64,000 bases of DNA, taken from the NCBI RefSeq assembly GCF_037042905.1, contig NC_087246.1, positions 186,001 through 250,000 on the forward strand, in the 5' to 3' direction. The stretch's first letter is position 1. Every line of letters starts with the position of its first letter. The DNA is from Lytechinus pictus (lineage: Eukaryota). Below the pieces are notes generated by a model, which was given only the letters and a program-made list of their open reading frames with translations, did not search any database and was not told where the DNA came from. This document shows positions 27,671 to 41,415 of the stretch, piece after piece. Both the position numbers and the translations under genes were made by a program.

Positions 27671-29238
27671 TCACAAATGATATATTGGTGTCTTTGGACA
27701 AAGGTGAGGAAATTATCCTGATATTGTTAGATTTTTCAGCTGCTTTTGACACCATAAGACATTACATTCTTTTAAATCGCTTAGAACACACATTTGGAAT
27801 CTCTGACCATGCTTTTAAGTGGTTCCAATCATATCTTCTTGACCGTAGTTACTGTGTAGTTATTGGGAATGAACGATCATCCACCCACCCTTTCAATCAA
27901 GGCATTCCACAAGGATCAGTATTAGGACCCACATTGTTTACACTTTATATTTCTCCATCGGAATCCATAATTGATAGATAACATATCCAAAAGATGTTTA
28001 TGCGGATGATACGCAACTCTGTTTCTTTCACGAGATCGAGCAATTCTGACCCTACCACTGAAATTTTGCATTGTATACAAGCAATCCAAACAATGGTCTA
28101 AAAAGAATAGTCTTAAACTGAACAGTAGTAAAACAGAATTCACTTTTTCGAGAAACAACCCCAATACAGAGTTTAGATCTTGATGAAACATCACTTCCTA
28201 GTAGCAAATCATGTAGAAACCTAGGGGTAATCTTTGACTCTCGTATGACATTTGAGAACTTTATGTCACATAAATGTCACACTGCATCATATGCTCTTTA
28301 AAGAATAGGAAAAATTTGAAATTATTTGGATAAACCTACAACTGAAAAACTAATTCATGCATTTGTTCTGTCATATTGATTTCTGCAATGTCAGCCTAAT
28401 TTTCAGTTTACAACAGCGACAAATAAAGAAACAACAGACTATCCAAAACTCTCACTGCAAGATTAGTTACTCCAACTCGAAAATATGATTTAGATAAGTT
28501 TAAGACTTCCCTAAAAAAGTATCTGTTTAACTTGTAATGAATTCAGTGCCCAATACTCTTTACTTTACTATGTGTCATGGGCAATAAAAGAACTGATTAT
28601 TATTATTATAATCATTATTATATCAATAATTGTTTAATAGATGATTCTCAGTTGTGGGTCAGTCAATTGGAGGTGCACACCAGTTTTGATTATTAGTATA
28701 GTTGCATGAGCTGTGTCATTTCCCCTGCCACATTTTTTTTTCTTTCATTTCTTTTAATCCCAAGTACAAACCATAAACAGAACACAGTGCGCTTAGAAAC
28801 ACCCGTGGTAAGCGTCTTATAAATGTTATGTTTTGTTATTATTAACCAAGTTCAGAATACTGGTATGAATACTGAAATCAAAATTCCAGTCTATTTCGAG
28901 CCTTCTTGTAGGAATAAAAGCAAGTTCAACTCCATATCGCAATGATGTAATCATCGGCTGCGACTTGAAGCCGATTTGGACCTTACTCCAACCACAGGGC
29001 TTGCAGCAAAGCAAAATTATGATTTTATTATTCCTAACATTATGCCGAACTTAAAATAATTGTTCTTAGAACTAAAACTGAAATGCAAAATGTGATTTAC
29101 CAGAATATTTACCATAATATGTAAAACATGTTGTGTACCCCCTTCTAAATCAACCATATTTTTTGTGGTCCAAATAGTTCATTGTGGACAGATCTTGTAT
29201 TTTGTTTATTTATTGATAGTCAATGGATTGTTTTGCAG

Positions 29239-29351
29239 ACTAGTATTATCTGGACAAGCAACAAGAAAAGGTCTCCCAACTTCCATCATTCAAGATGCTG
29301 GAAGGACACAAATAGCACCAGGATCAAAAACAGTACTTGGCATTGGACCAG
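29239..29351 (+). CDS. PTRH2: PTRH2 exon ([37 protein letters not shown])
   Basis: [19 protein letters not shown] catalytic motif; cag|...|gtaaaa; phase 2 to 1, compatible with flanking exons. Confidence 0.95.
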
Positions 29352-29604
29352 GTAAAAAACATTCATACACTTAAAGCACTGCATACAAAATGCACTTACA
29401 ATAATTTTGTAAATGGATATGAAATGTGTCTAGTTTTTTTTAATATATTTTCATGATTGAATTTTCATCTACAAGTGCCATTTCCGTGTAATTCTATGAA
29501 TCTTGTATTTTGCTTCGATTTCATGGAATCTTGGATATGTGGTGATTTTTATTTCATTGCTGTAGAATGGAAAATATCCAGGATGGTGTTTCATAACAAT
29601 GAAC

Positions 29605-29813
29605 AACTTTATGCAAATCAGCCGACCCTTCCTTGTGCTAGATCATTTGAAATATAACTTTATGCAAATCAGCTGACCCTTCCTTGTGCTAGATCATTTG
29701 AAATATAACTTTATGCAAATCAGCTGACCCTTCCTTGTGCTAGATCATTTGAAATATACCGGTAACTTTATGCAAATCAGCTGACCCTTCCTTGTACTAG
29801 ATCATTTGAAATA
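29605..29813. repeat. 51-bp tandem repeat, 4 copies, in the last PTRH2 intron
   Basis: AACTTTATGCAAATCAGCTGACCCTTCCTTGTGCTAGATCATTTGAAATAT at 29605, 29656, 29707 and 29764. Confidence 0.95.
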
Positions 29814-30135
29814 CATTTTTTTATCCATATTTTTAATAAAAATCAGAATACGTAGTTTGCTTTTTGTCAGGATTTGATCATAATTACATCAACTTCACTT
29901 TTGTTATTTGCCACAAGAAAGGATCCTGTGTAAATTACAAGCAGCTTTATCAATGGGTCCCATATAAAGCCATTTCTCCGATAATTCTTGACTAAAGTTG
30001 GGTGTTCTTCATTTTCTTCACATTTGATTTTAATAGTGTAATTAATTCATGAACAAGTATAAGTAAAATTAACCAATTAAAATAGCCAATTAACATTCAC
30101 TTTAGGTAATAGCCGTTTTCTTTGTTTCCCTCTAG

Positions 30136-30185
30136 GTCCAGCATACCTTATAGATGAAGTCACTGGAGATTTAAAGCTGTATTGA
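30136..30185 (+). CDS. PTRH2: PTRH2 terminal coding exon (GPAYLIDEVTGDLKLY*)
   Basis: Polypyrimidine tract + tag acceptor; canonical Pth2 C-terminus IDxVTGxLKLY followed by TGA. Confidence 0.95.
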
Positions 30186-33100
30186 TGAAATTGTATCATT
30201 CCATGAATAGAGCTGCAGTTGACAGAATTGGGACCTTTCTACATTCAGGCTGATCATGAAACAGTGATATCGGAAAGACATTGCATAATCATCTCTAATG
30301 AATGCTTTTATAGATGGGCAATTTCTTAAGTTAGTACATTCAATGGTCATAATCTCTATGTAATTGACCATTCTAAAATATCCTGCTTTGTGCTTTATAA
30401 GGAAAAAGTTTAATGCTTTCAAAAAAAAAATTCATAAAGTGCAGTAAAAGTGGACAAAAAATATTGGTTGGATGATTAAAGGGAAATGCCCAGATATATT
30501 TGTACCCCAATTTTTGGCTTCTGACATCCCTGGACACTAAGTATGCACTTTCTTCGCGCTCTTGGGAGTATTCCAGCAAGAGTTTCAAAACTGAATTGCT
30601 AGACAAACTATATATTAGGCTTTTGCATTCTACCAAGTAATACCTCGGGTAATGGTAACAATTAGGGTGAGCCCATAGATATCTGACCATCGTTATGACG
30701 ATTTACAACTCGAAAAGAACGCGTCCGCAAATATCGCTGCTACCACTGGCTATGGATACTTGTGATTGCATTTTTTTCAATTCGGCAGTGAATTTATAAT
30801 GCATGGAGAAATAGGTATAGGTTTTAAATCATCAATTTTGAGACTGAGAGTACAATGGAAAAGGAGTAAACTGGTTGCTTATCGCTGGAATACATCTTAA
30901 AGGAGAATGAAACCCTTGAAACCAGCTGAATCCATATCAAAGAGAAAAATCAAAGAAACATATTGTTGAAAGTTTGAGGAAGATTGAATGAATAATAAGA
31001 AAGTTATGAGCATTTGAATATTGAGATCACTAATGCCATGTAGATCCTCCCATTGGCAATGCGACCAAGATCTGTGATGTCACACACGTACAACTCCCTC
31101 ATTACTTTAGTACTTATTTCACTTATATTCTCACTTTTATAGAGTCTATCACAAGGTGAGGTGTTCTCTTTATGAGAGAAGTACAGAGGTTTCACAACAT
31201 TATATCATTGATGAATCGTTTGTCATATGATTAGAATGAGCAAAATGAGATGTTTTGGGGTATATTTTCAGTGTCCAAAAGGGGAGAGTTGTTCATCTGT
31301 GACATCATAGATCTTGGTCGCATTTTACTGCCTGCACCTTGTCCTCCATGACAAAACTTTGGATTCAGTGGTTCCCTGGTGATTTCAGCTCTGGTTTTAC
31401 CTTTGGTAAGGGGGTTCGTCTCAAAACTTATTCAGGGTAAAATTTAAAACAAGCAATTGGGTTAATATCTCATAAAATCAGTCAATTACACTTTAATTCA
31501 ACTACTTAACTCAAATCCCCTGTGGTAGGGCTTTATTGGGTTTTGGGGATGGGGATATTAGTTAGTGGCCATTCCGAGGTCAGTTAACTTGGGTCTTCTC
31601 AATCCTGGGACTCCTCAAGCCTGTGTAGATATGTAGATCGAAACATTTTGACGGGATGCATTGGTTGAAAAATTGGAGATTAAGATCAAAGGAAACTTGA
31701 TGGTACAGAAACAGGCAAGAAGGTTAGAGTACCTCCTTACACCAAACAGAAAAATGAGATTTGGCCAATTCCAATAAAGTAGAATTGGAAGACCAAGATG
31801 AGGGGGGGGGGGGGCAGTGCAATCCATACAGTTCTTTCTTTGGTGTCAACTGAACTGCAACCACTGCACTTTGGCTGTCCATATTCCGGTTTATTGATTC
31901 TGTCATACCTAAAGGTCAATCAGAAAAACTGAAGCTAATCTATTGAAATATTCTATTGGAAAGGATACAAAGACGTTTCATAAAATGTGTTTCCATTTCT
32001 TATTTTGTCAGATCAATATCTCAAACTTTACAATAAATTAAAATTATGGGTGTAAAGCTGACCACTTTACCATGACTGGCATCCTTATTTCTCAATTATT
32101 CTCCTCCTTTGCTAACTTTTTTACAAGATCTGGCAGATGAATGGGGTCCAGTTGATTTAGAAGATAGCACATCCTCATTGTCCATTAGGATAATGCTTGC
32201 AACACCCTAAATGGGGTAGGGGTAAATTATAAGGCCCTGGGACAATGAGAAAGGAAACAAGTTGGAGGGATATGAGCAACCTATTATCTAAAATAAAGTC
32301 CTGTAGTATAAAATTATTCCAAAGAAGAAAAGAGAGATAGGGAAATACAGAAAAGATGAGAGGGAGAGTAGAAAATATAAAGTAGATTGGAAAGTTGAAG
32401 AAAGTATTGAGAGATGATGGGCATTAGAGGATGATTAAAGAAGCAATACAATAGGCAGAGAAATCCGAAAGCATTGACTATGTTACATGATAATCAGGTT
32501 ATGTTTTGCCAATCCGATTCAGTCTTTTTGGGGCCATATTTTTTCTGTTTGGGTAATGTAAGAATTGTACTTGAAAGAAAGATTACAGTATTTTATTGTT
32601 TGCCCAAGTGCAATCTCTTTGGACCACAGATATCTGTTGACTCGAATTCAATGTAGATGTTAATACAATGTTTTGCATATTATGGCCTGATGGCCGATAA
32701 TTCAACTTGTGGAAGTCTGATTTTATTATAGAGACTCTACTGATTTATTGCATGAACTTCAGCAAAATACACAAATTACTGTTATCACATATATTTGGTC
32801 AGACAATAATTTGCATTGATTTGGAACTATTTGGTGTAGCACATTTTGTCTCCTAATTGTCAGTGTTAAAACCAATTCCAGAATGATCAAAACTAAGTTT
32901 TTCAATGACAAACATAAGTCACGTTTGGAGTTGGTTTAAAGGCAGCACATTTATAATTCTGTTGTATATTTAATAAGGAATTGATGATTGTAAACTTTAT
33001 TTCTTGTACACATGTTTACACTTAAGAAAAAAAAAAGCAAGGGAAACGTTTTTTTCATTGTCTTTTTAATAAACATTGGTAAAAAAAACCCTCATTCTTT

Positions 33101-33860
33101 CAATGATTGTGTTTTATTCCAAAGAAGTCAAGAAGTTGTTCTCTTACAAACTTTCCCTTGGTCACATCATCAAGATAGATGCATCTATACACAGTCTTTC
33201 ATCACATAGATGACCAGAAAATCTCATGCTATGTACTCAAAATTGCAAAATAAAGGTATTTTGTTGTAAGCATTTATCACGTTTACTCAAGCAGCACCTT
33301 TGAATGAAACAAGAAATGTGATAAATACCATCCATATTCTTTCATATTACAATTAATCTTCACATGACTCTTTACATTTAAATGAATAAGAAGTATTTGT
33401 GAAATAATTACTTGTAGAATTATTCACTCTATGGAATCATCAATACTTCTTGTAATAAACAATTATCTGTAGAAGTGATAACACTGATGGCAATATAAAG
33501 TATCTCAGAAATAGTTGTCCACAACTTTTATATAAGCATTTCACAGTGATTTGAAAACCCCATAGCTTCTTCCTTGAACCCCCCCCCCCCCGACTGTTAT
33601 GCCTGTGTAATAATCTGTGCTAGATTAAAAAGGAAGAGACCGTGGACACTAGACCCCAAGCAGGCTATTTGCTTCAAGCTTAATGTAACCTGGCTCAGAA
33701 TTTTAGTGTAGTACCCAAGTGAGTTAATAGACCAGTTCGTAGTTACTCATGGACAATTTTCGGTCAAATGACCTTTCATTTCTTTCATTATGATAGGCAG
33801 ATTTCAAAGCAAAATATTACGTAAGCTTGCATTACATAACAGGATGAAGAAATTGAATAG

Positions 33861-34027
33861 ACCTGGGGAGCGTTTCATCAACATTTTTGTCCGACATGTT
33901 GTCAGATCTGACATCTTTCCTTGATTTTGATTGGCTGATAAGCAATGTTACTATGGTAACTGTCGGATAAAATAGGACTTGTCAGAAAAAACTTCTGACA
34001 AGTCCTTTCACGAAACGCTCCCCAGGT
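33861..34027. mobile_element. Short MITE nested in a larger TIR element (~33726-34340)
   Basis: ACCTGGGGAGCGTTTC / GAAACGCTCCCCAGGT; outer AATAGACCAGTTCGTAGTT / AACTACGAATTGGCTTATT. Confidence 0.75.
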
Positions 34028-34828
34028 GACTAGAATAGCACACCAATGAACACTTTATGAAGGTATTTGTTGCATTCCTACTTTGAATGCATATCAAAGC
34101 ATGTTGCACAATGTACTTTGCAAACTGTGAAAACCAGTTGTTCGTGGACGCGTTTTTTTTTTTTGTGGATGTAAATGAAAACCACAATTCAAAAGAATAT
34201 TTGAATAATCAAGACATCAAAGTTGGTGCTTATCTCATTAGATTTTAAACCACCATGCCACTTTAGTACAAATTACCTTCCTCTGATCATGCGTAGAATA
34301 TTTTGATCATGCACAGAAAGGAACTACGAATTGGCTTATTGCAGTAGCATAGAATATTTTCCTGTGGGCGCCAGCTAACTCGGCACTTTAGAAAACTCTA
34401 CCCTGCCAAAAAATAAGGTGCCAAGTTGTCCAGTATCAGATCTCTATTTTGTTGACATATGTTTGTATTGAATATAAATTAATTGCAATGTTGTCTACTA
34501 TGATTTCAATTGATTTTGTGCATTTTAGTATCAATCTTACCATAGGATTACTAGGTTTTACGATGGACAACTTGTCACTAATTGTAGGCATTGGCTTGGA
34601 CCCCTTCCTGTAATGCAGTATGGGTGTCGAGTCAATCAAAATCTTCTGCAACAAAATGGAGTTCATTGTATGCCTATTTGCTTGTAATTGAATTCACACA
34701 TTTTTAAAACTGGAATTTTACAAAAAAATAATTTTGTCTAAATTTTACATAAACAAACTACTCAAGCCTTGGTAGTAAACTCAATAGGGCCGGGTTATTT
34801 GACCTGAAAAGGGAGGGGGGGTTCCATA

Positions 34829-35871
34829 AAGGCCACCGCACACCTTACGACTTCGCGATCGGATTTTGGAACAAATCGCATTTTGCTCATTTTCTGAAAA
34901 TGTGAATGGAACATATTTTTTTAGGTTAAAATTAATTGAAAGAATACTAATATAACCATTTTGAAAGATTGCAAGCCTTTATTTTGGAGTAAAGGCCAAA
35001 TTAGTTTCAAATCATAGCCAATCGTACGACTGCTATGATGTCATTACGACTAGATATTAAAATCGCTTTTATTCTAAGGATGGTAGGATAGTCAGATTTG
35101 AACATAATAATAATAATACTAATTAACATTTACATAGCGCTTAATACAACAGTTTCTAAGCGCATTGGAAAAAAAAAAAGTAGCAAAATACAGTGAGAGA
35201 GAACAGGATATGGAATTAAGAGGACTGCTTAATGAGGTAAGATTTGAGGAGTGTTTTGAAAGATTCGACAGTGGATGCATTACCGATGAAGATGGGGAGA
35301 TTGTTCCAGAGTTTAGGGGCAAGAGCAGAAAAAGCACGATCGCCATAACGGGTAAAAGTGCGGGGTCCTAGAGATAGTCGAAGGTGAGCAGTAGAAGAAG
35401 ATTGGAGAGGATGAGGGACAGAGAGAGATAAGATTTTGAAGGTAGGATGGGGCGAGACCATGGATGATTTTATAAACAAGGAGGAACTTGAAAATAATTC
35501 TATTGTGAACCTGAAGCCAATGGAGGGAGTAGAGAATAGGGGTGATATGTTCAAATTTATTTGTGAGGGTTACCAATCTAGCCGCAGTATTTTGAATTCT
35601 TTGAAGGGGGGCTATACTAGATTGAGGTAAACCAGCAAGTAAAGCATTACAATAATCTAAATGGGATGATACAAAGGCATGTACTATACGTTCAGTAGAT
35701 GATTTATCAAGACACTTTCTTAACTTCCCTATCTTACAAAACGTAGGTGTTCGTACGATGATTTAGAACATTACACAGTAAGATATTCCAAGTCTCAATA
35801 TTAGCATCAAATTCTACTACATTTCATTCTGAAATCGATCGCAGACCAATCGTAAGGTGTGCGGTCGGCTT
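34829..35871. mobile_element. MITE (PIF/Harbinger-like ends) containing a LINE fragment
   Basis: ACCGCACACCTTACGA / TCGTAAGGTGTGCGGT inverted ends. Confidence 0.7.
35105..35740 (-). mobile_element. 3' fragment of an L2/CR1-group LINE with (TAT)n tail
   Basis: HITPILYSLHWL and YGDRAFSALAPKLWNNLP..FKTLLKSYL C-terminal motifs. Confidence 0.8.
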
Positions 35872-37419
35872 AAGAATAAGAAAAAATTTGAAAATTCATT
35901 ACGTCAAACCCCCGTTTGGAGAAAGACCGCAGTTCAGATTGCAAACTGCGGTTTTATACCCCATTTTCCATTTGGAAATCCCAAAAATCATTTCCAAGCC
36001 CTTATCAACCGTGCTTGGCCAGGTAATCCCGGGGTAATCCCCGCTATCTCAATTTCACCTCCACAGGCCAGTATATGAGCGTTTAGCCAAGGACGAAATG
36101 ATAAACAACAGCTGTGCTATTACGTAAGACTTCTCTGCCTGTAGTAGGACCTTCGGAATGAAATTATTGTATTCGATATTTAATCACGTTTTCAAAGTCA
36201 TATTGTATTCAGAAATCCAATGTTAGTCCATTTTCAATTTTCGAACGAAGAAAATCGACCTCGAAATAAGTAAGCGAATAAAAATGACTGCATGCTTTGC
36301 AGGGACCGCGCTCAGCGATGCGCATGCATCCCATTGTGTGTGCCCCCCTGCTGTGACTGTATATGCCGGGCTGTTGTGTTATCTTCGGACCTAGGTCAAG
36401 AAACAGGTGCTTTGATACTTAAATTGCTTGCTTGGGGGCAGTTAGGGTTTGTCGTACTTGAAGAGAATTGAAACAGGTGTATAGTGTTCTCAAATGGAGG
36501 TTATGATAACCAACTGTTATTGTAACTACATTTGATTAGAATTCCACTAAGAAGTCACTGAATAAAATAGCAGTTTGGGGGCCTCATTTATTTAATTAGA
36601 CGAAACCTTCAATTTTATGCATGAAATAGCAAATTAATTATATAAGATTTTGAGGAGCGATTGATTTTCCAGTTTTGTAGTTTATGTCATGGTCAAGGTG
36701 CATGCCAATATCACAAGGGTGGGGCATGCAACATTATATATGTACATGTCAAATCGAAAATTGCTCAAAAACATGAATTCATGCACAAATCCAATGCAAA
36801 TTGTGTTTTCAGCCAAAATTACTAAAAAGTAATAGACATTATAGCACCATCCATCTAGAAATAATCTATTGCGAGGTGCATTGTTATAATTACCCAGGCT
36901 TTAGCTAAAGCTGCCTTCCAGCACTCAGGGCATTCAAGGAATCCTGCTACATACCCAATCACCTCACCTAGGTTGAGTGCAGCACAAAGTGGGTAAATTT
37001 TATGCTGAAGGAAAACATGGCATGGCTGGGATTCAAACAGTCTCTCTAATTGAAAGATGGATCATAACCAGTAGACCATAAATGTATCATTTCTACTTAT
37101 ACTGATGAAACTCAATTAAAGATGAGCAAACTCTATGTGGTCTGTCATTGACTGTGTGTATAAATACTGAGTCGTAAGATGTACCATTCAGATGACTATT
37201 AATACTTCAGAGAATACATTAGCATATATTTTCATTTCTATAAAAAAAAAAAACTACTGCTCAGAGCTAGTTGGTAACATAATTATTGTGTTAGTGTGTT
37301 ACCATTCAAGTGGGTTTATATTACAAGACTATACTTGGGTAAGGAACCTGTCCAGAGATATGAGTAGTTGAGGATCTGAGGGGTGGCTACTGGTTCATAT
37401 TTGCTTTGATCAGAATTAA

Positions 37420-38256
37420 CCCTATCTAGGCCGGGGGGGGGGGGGGGGGGGCTCAGAGGCCCTCCTCAATGATTCATGCAATATTTGATTCGCGCAAAGT
37501 TTTTACCATGCCGCTCACTGACTATTTACTTTTAAAGTCTTGCGCATCTTTTGAGACCAATTTTGCGGTTCCGAAATTATGCAACATTTTGTAAGTGCAC
37601 GTCAGACCACAAATGGTTCAAAAACGTGATTTTGTGTACAAAGTCAATGCAAATTGTATTTTCAACCAAATATCATAAATGTATGATTATTTTTGGTCTT
37701 GCTGGTCTAAATATATTTATCTTATGCTGTTTATGATTTCAGAAGAGTCCCCAACAAATTTCATTGAATTTTTTCACAAACATTTGATAAGAACACCACA
37801 AAGAGTGTCTATGCCAACAATTAGAACATATGGAGCTTTATTTAGGGAGTTAGAGGAAAAAGTATGAATTTGCATACTAATTATGCATAAATTAGCATAA
37901 TCACTTATTAGAAATCAACGACCGAGATCTCAAGGGGAAATGTAACAAAAATAAATACATAAGACAAAATTGCAACGTTGCATTTCTTTTTAAGGTATAT
38001 TCGATCAGAATCCTATAAAGAGTTTGTAAATAGAAAATAAGCTGTTTGGGGTGCTGTATCTAGTTAATTAGAACATTGTTTAAAAATTGTATGCACAAAT
38101 TAACACAATAAATTCTCATGAACCATACAGCCTAGTAGATTTCATCACAACCCGTGCCAATTTTTTGTGGCACTTATGCGATCAGCGGCCGGACATAATC
38201 AACCCCCCCCCCCCCCACACGGTGAGATGGGTCCAAATTACCTGGCTCTATTAGGG
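37420..38256. mobile_element. TTAA-targeting (piggyBac-like) MITE
   Basis: TTAA|CCCTA...TAGGG|TTAA; related pieces at 1-126, ~20100-20500 and ~47053-47195. Confidence 0.75.
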
Positions 38257-39408
38257 TTAACAGAAAATGTGATTGCTTATATTCACTTTCACAATGTTCC
38301 AGCATTTCTGGTCGTATTTGGCAAGATAGGAAATGAGAAGACATAGCTTACATTCCATCTACAAGAAATCAGGTCAAAGGTCAGTTTTCAACTTACATGT
38401 ATTACAAGTACATATATGTGAATGTGAATCAATGATTAACCATGAAAATGCTGTAACTGCAATTTGTATTTGCGCTAGTCAAAGTTGATAGATAAGGCCA
38501 TTAATTATGCAAAAATTGCTAATTGTGTACATTAAATATAATTGCAAAAATTATGGAAGTGTCCCTTACGCAGCAAAGGGAATGGTACACTTGGCCTGGT
38601 AATGTTACCCACTATGTTACATCTAAGAAATACTGTACATCTATGATTTATAGTTACAGCAACAAACTATCATGGTGAATTGCATGTAGCATATTGCTTC
38701 ACTTATCAATAAGCATTGCTATTTGGATGCTCCAATAATCTATGACAAGCTGAATCTCATGAATTCCAATCAAAAAGTTTTTCAATGAATTTGACCATCT
38801 CTATGAAAACAACGCCAACATTTCATAATCCAAACCAAAAGTATTCCTTACCTAATCTCTTGAATTCATGTCAAATTTATAATATAAATATTATAATAGT
38901 TATTGAAGATCACACAATTTGGAACAGTATTCTCAAAGGTTTGTATGCAGAGGTCCAGTGAAACTTTGACCATGGTCCCACTCTTGTGCTCAAACTATGA
39001 ATGCTGAAAATTTCAAATTTTGTTTACATAGTTTGTTTCTGATGTTAAATGTGTTCCTTCTCCATGCTGGTGAATAAAACAATTTATCATTCTCAGAGAG
39101 CTGTAAAATAATTGAGCACCACATGTGTTAACAAATTGAACTTTTTCTGTTGGTGATTAGTTTCACAATTGGCTATCCATATTTGTCATTCCTTATAGTT
39201 ATACTTCAGCAAGTCCATGGAAACAGCAAATACATCTTTCAATGACAATATGAACACTAGTTCTGCTTGCTATACACATAACATCAATTCATGTGACACA
39301 CATAACATTCATTTATGTGACACACATAACATCCATTCATGTGCCTACAGATTTTAGGGGATTCCCCTTATAATGAAGGAATTTCCAAGTATGTCAAAGA
39401 ATCCTTCA

Positions 39409-39531
39409 TCATAACTTGAGAGAAGCAAAGTACTCTATTTTTCCCTTGAGGGCATCTGACATCTCCTTACAAGATTCTTGGTAGCTCTCTTCAACCTTTG
39501 ACCACATAGCTCTCTCTTCTTCTTCTGTGAA
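39409..39531 (-). CDS. NAA25: NAA25 terminal coding exon (FTEEEERAMWSKVEESYQESCKEMSDALKGKIEYFASLKL*)
   Basis: tag acceptor; KVxxSY...EM...L...LKL* resembles the NAA25 C-terminus. Confidence 0.87.
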   Translation of the reverse strand, partial: FTEEEERAMWSKVEESYQESCKEMSDALKGKIEYFASLKL

Positions 39532-40148
39532 CTATACAGATACACGAGGGAAAAGAAGATGAGAAAGAGAGAGACAGGTGCAAAGAAACAAGAGATGGGA
39601 AGAGAACAGATTCAAGATAAGGGAAGAAGAATGGGGAAAGAGAGGAGGTGTGAGAAAGGGAGAGAGAAGTGCAAAGAAAGGAAGAGAGAGAGAGAGAGGT
39701 GCAGAGACATAGAGATGGGAAGTAAACAGATACAGGAGGGAAAGAAAAATGGGAAAGAGAGGGGGGAAGAGAAAAAAAAAAGAAGAGAAAAAAATAATTT
39801 GTCTTTATTGATAGGTATAAAATGAAGAATCCGTATTGATTATGAAAGCATGAAATCTTTATGAAATGGTTACAAACCAAGAGGCAATTTACCAACAATA
39901 AAACTGGGTAAAAGCTTAAATAATCGGTGTAATTGCACCAAATAAAAAAACTATGATTGAAAAGAACTGGATGAAAGCTTAAATAATCAGTGTAATTGCA
40001 CCAAATCTAAGACGAGTAAGAACAATCACCTCCCCAATGCCAAGCATCAATTCATGTACACATTGCAAGAATATAAGAGTGATCATGTACTGGAAATATT
40101 TCTATTAGCATTTACAGATTAGAGTAGACCGCACAGTAAAGTAAGTCA

Positions 40149-40911
40149 CCTGGGGCAGTATTCTGAACATTGTCTTTTCTCCATATTTTATCTTATCTCA
40201 GAGATATGACAAAATCGGTATTCTGGTGGATGTCATAACTTTTGTCACAAAACTTGTCATAAATTTTGTCTCTTCTCTTTAGCGCGCACCAAAAATACGC
40301 GGCTTTAAATACGCGTAATCCTTTTATACAAACAAAAGATATGACAAAAGTTATGATAGGGGGGTGCAGTCATAAATTTTGTCATATCTTTCAGTACCAA
40401 ATATCTCGATACCCTGCCGACTGAATGTCAAGGATATAATAATATTACTTAGATTAGATTGTGGTATTAATTTCATTCATCATCCATGACAATTTTCAAA
40501 ATTATTTTGTCATGCTACATTTAGTTAGGCCCTACATATTAATTCCTCCTTTTTTTCTCTGTTTTCCTTCTTTTTCTACTTCTCTTCTAAAATCCTTCAC
40601 AGCTCCCTGTCTCTCTTTGTAATTAAGCACATCGACATTCGCGTAGTTGCGCGATGCCAACAACTGCATTGGGGATACGCCCTACCTGCCACGGGACCTT
40701 CCCATTGGCTAGAAGTGCTCCCACTGGGAACTAACAATGATTTTGATTGGTTTACTTCCGAAAAGATGGGAGGGAACTTAGAGAGATATGACAGGGAAAA
40801 GACAATGTTCAGAATACCGATTTGTGACAATCATAGCGGTGTCACATCTCGCAGATAAATGACAAAATTTATGACAAAAGTTATGACAGTGTTCCAGAAT
40901 ACCACCCCTGG
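40149..40911. mobile_element. MITE with imperfect TIRs
   Basis: CCTGGGGCAGTATTCTGAACATTGTC / GACAGTGTTCCAGAATACCACCCCTGG; repeated TGACAAAA/TTTTGTCA motifs. Confidence 0.65.
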
Positions 40912-40972
40912 AAACCACTGTAGGAGTTTCAAGGGCAATTACTTTGAGTTATGAAGAAAAATTCATACTCAC

Positions 40973-41119
40973 AAACTCATGATCTCCATCAGTGAGTTGC
41001 ATCTGATCAAGTTTGAGGGCAAGGAAAACCATATCTGTATCCATTACAGCCATATGAATACCTTCTAATAACACATGAAACTCTTCCATATAGGACTTGA
41101 ATTGATCTATCACTGCCGG
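40973..41119 (-). CDS. NAA25: NAA25 exon (PAVIDQFKSYMEEFHVLLEGIHMAVMDTDMVFLALKLDQMQLTDGDHEF)
   Basis: cag|...|gtgagt; 147 nt, phase 0-0, open. Confidence 0.83.
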
Positions 41120-41154
41120 CTGTACCATAAAAATACAAAGTATAAAGAATATGA

Positions 41155-41415
41155 AAATCCATATTATTATTGATTGAAATAAAATTTAAAATAAAAATAT
41201 TCTGAAAATTCTTTTTGCCCAGTAAATCATGGGCCCAGCCAGCAGCCACTGTAGAGTGGCGGATAGACACAGCTCTATTCCTTAAATCACTGAACGCCAA
41301 ACAAACTAGCAGCAACTCCCATCTTTTAATGTCTTTTGGTCTAACACAGCCAGGGCTTGAACTCTCGACCTCCCAGTTGTGAGGCGGACGCTCTACCAAC
41401 TGAGCCAACACACTG
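41155..41415 (-). mobile_element. tRNA-derived SINE
   Basis: Minus strand TGGCTCAGTTGGTAGAGCG (A-box) and GAGTTCAAGCCC (B-box), followed by a non-tRNA body. Confidence 0.75.

Larger units (their letters stand above)
23200..28520 (+). mobile_element. Decayed CR1/L2-group LINE ORF2, split into three pieces (~23200-23645, ~24840-25321, 27671-~28520) by later insertions
   Basis: DKHAP..W, KNYRPIANL, FQSGYR, LLDFSAAFDTI, GIPQGSVLGP and YADDTQ motifs, collinear across the insertions. Confidence 0.85.

Noticed and set aside
41340..41415. Functional tRNA gene
   Set aside because: Acceptor stem does not pair and it continues into a SINE body; the same applies to the heads at 17762 and 18158.
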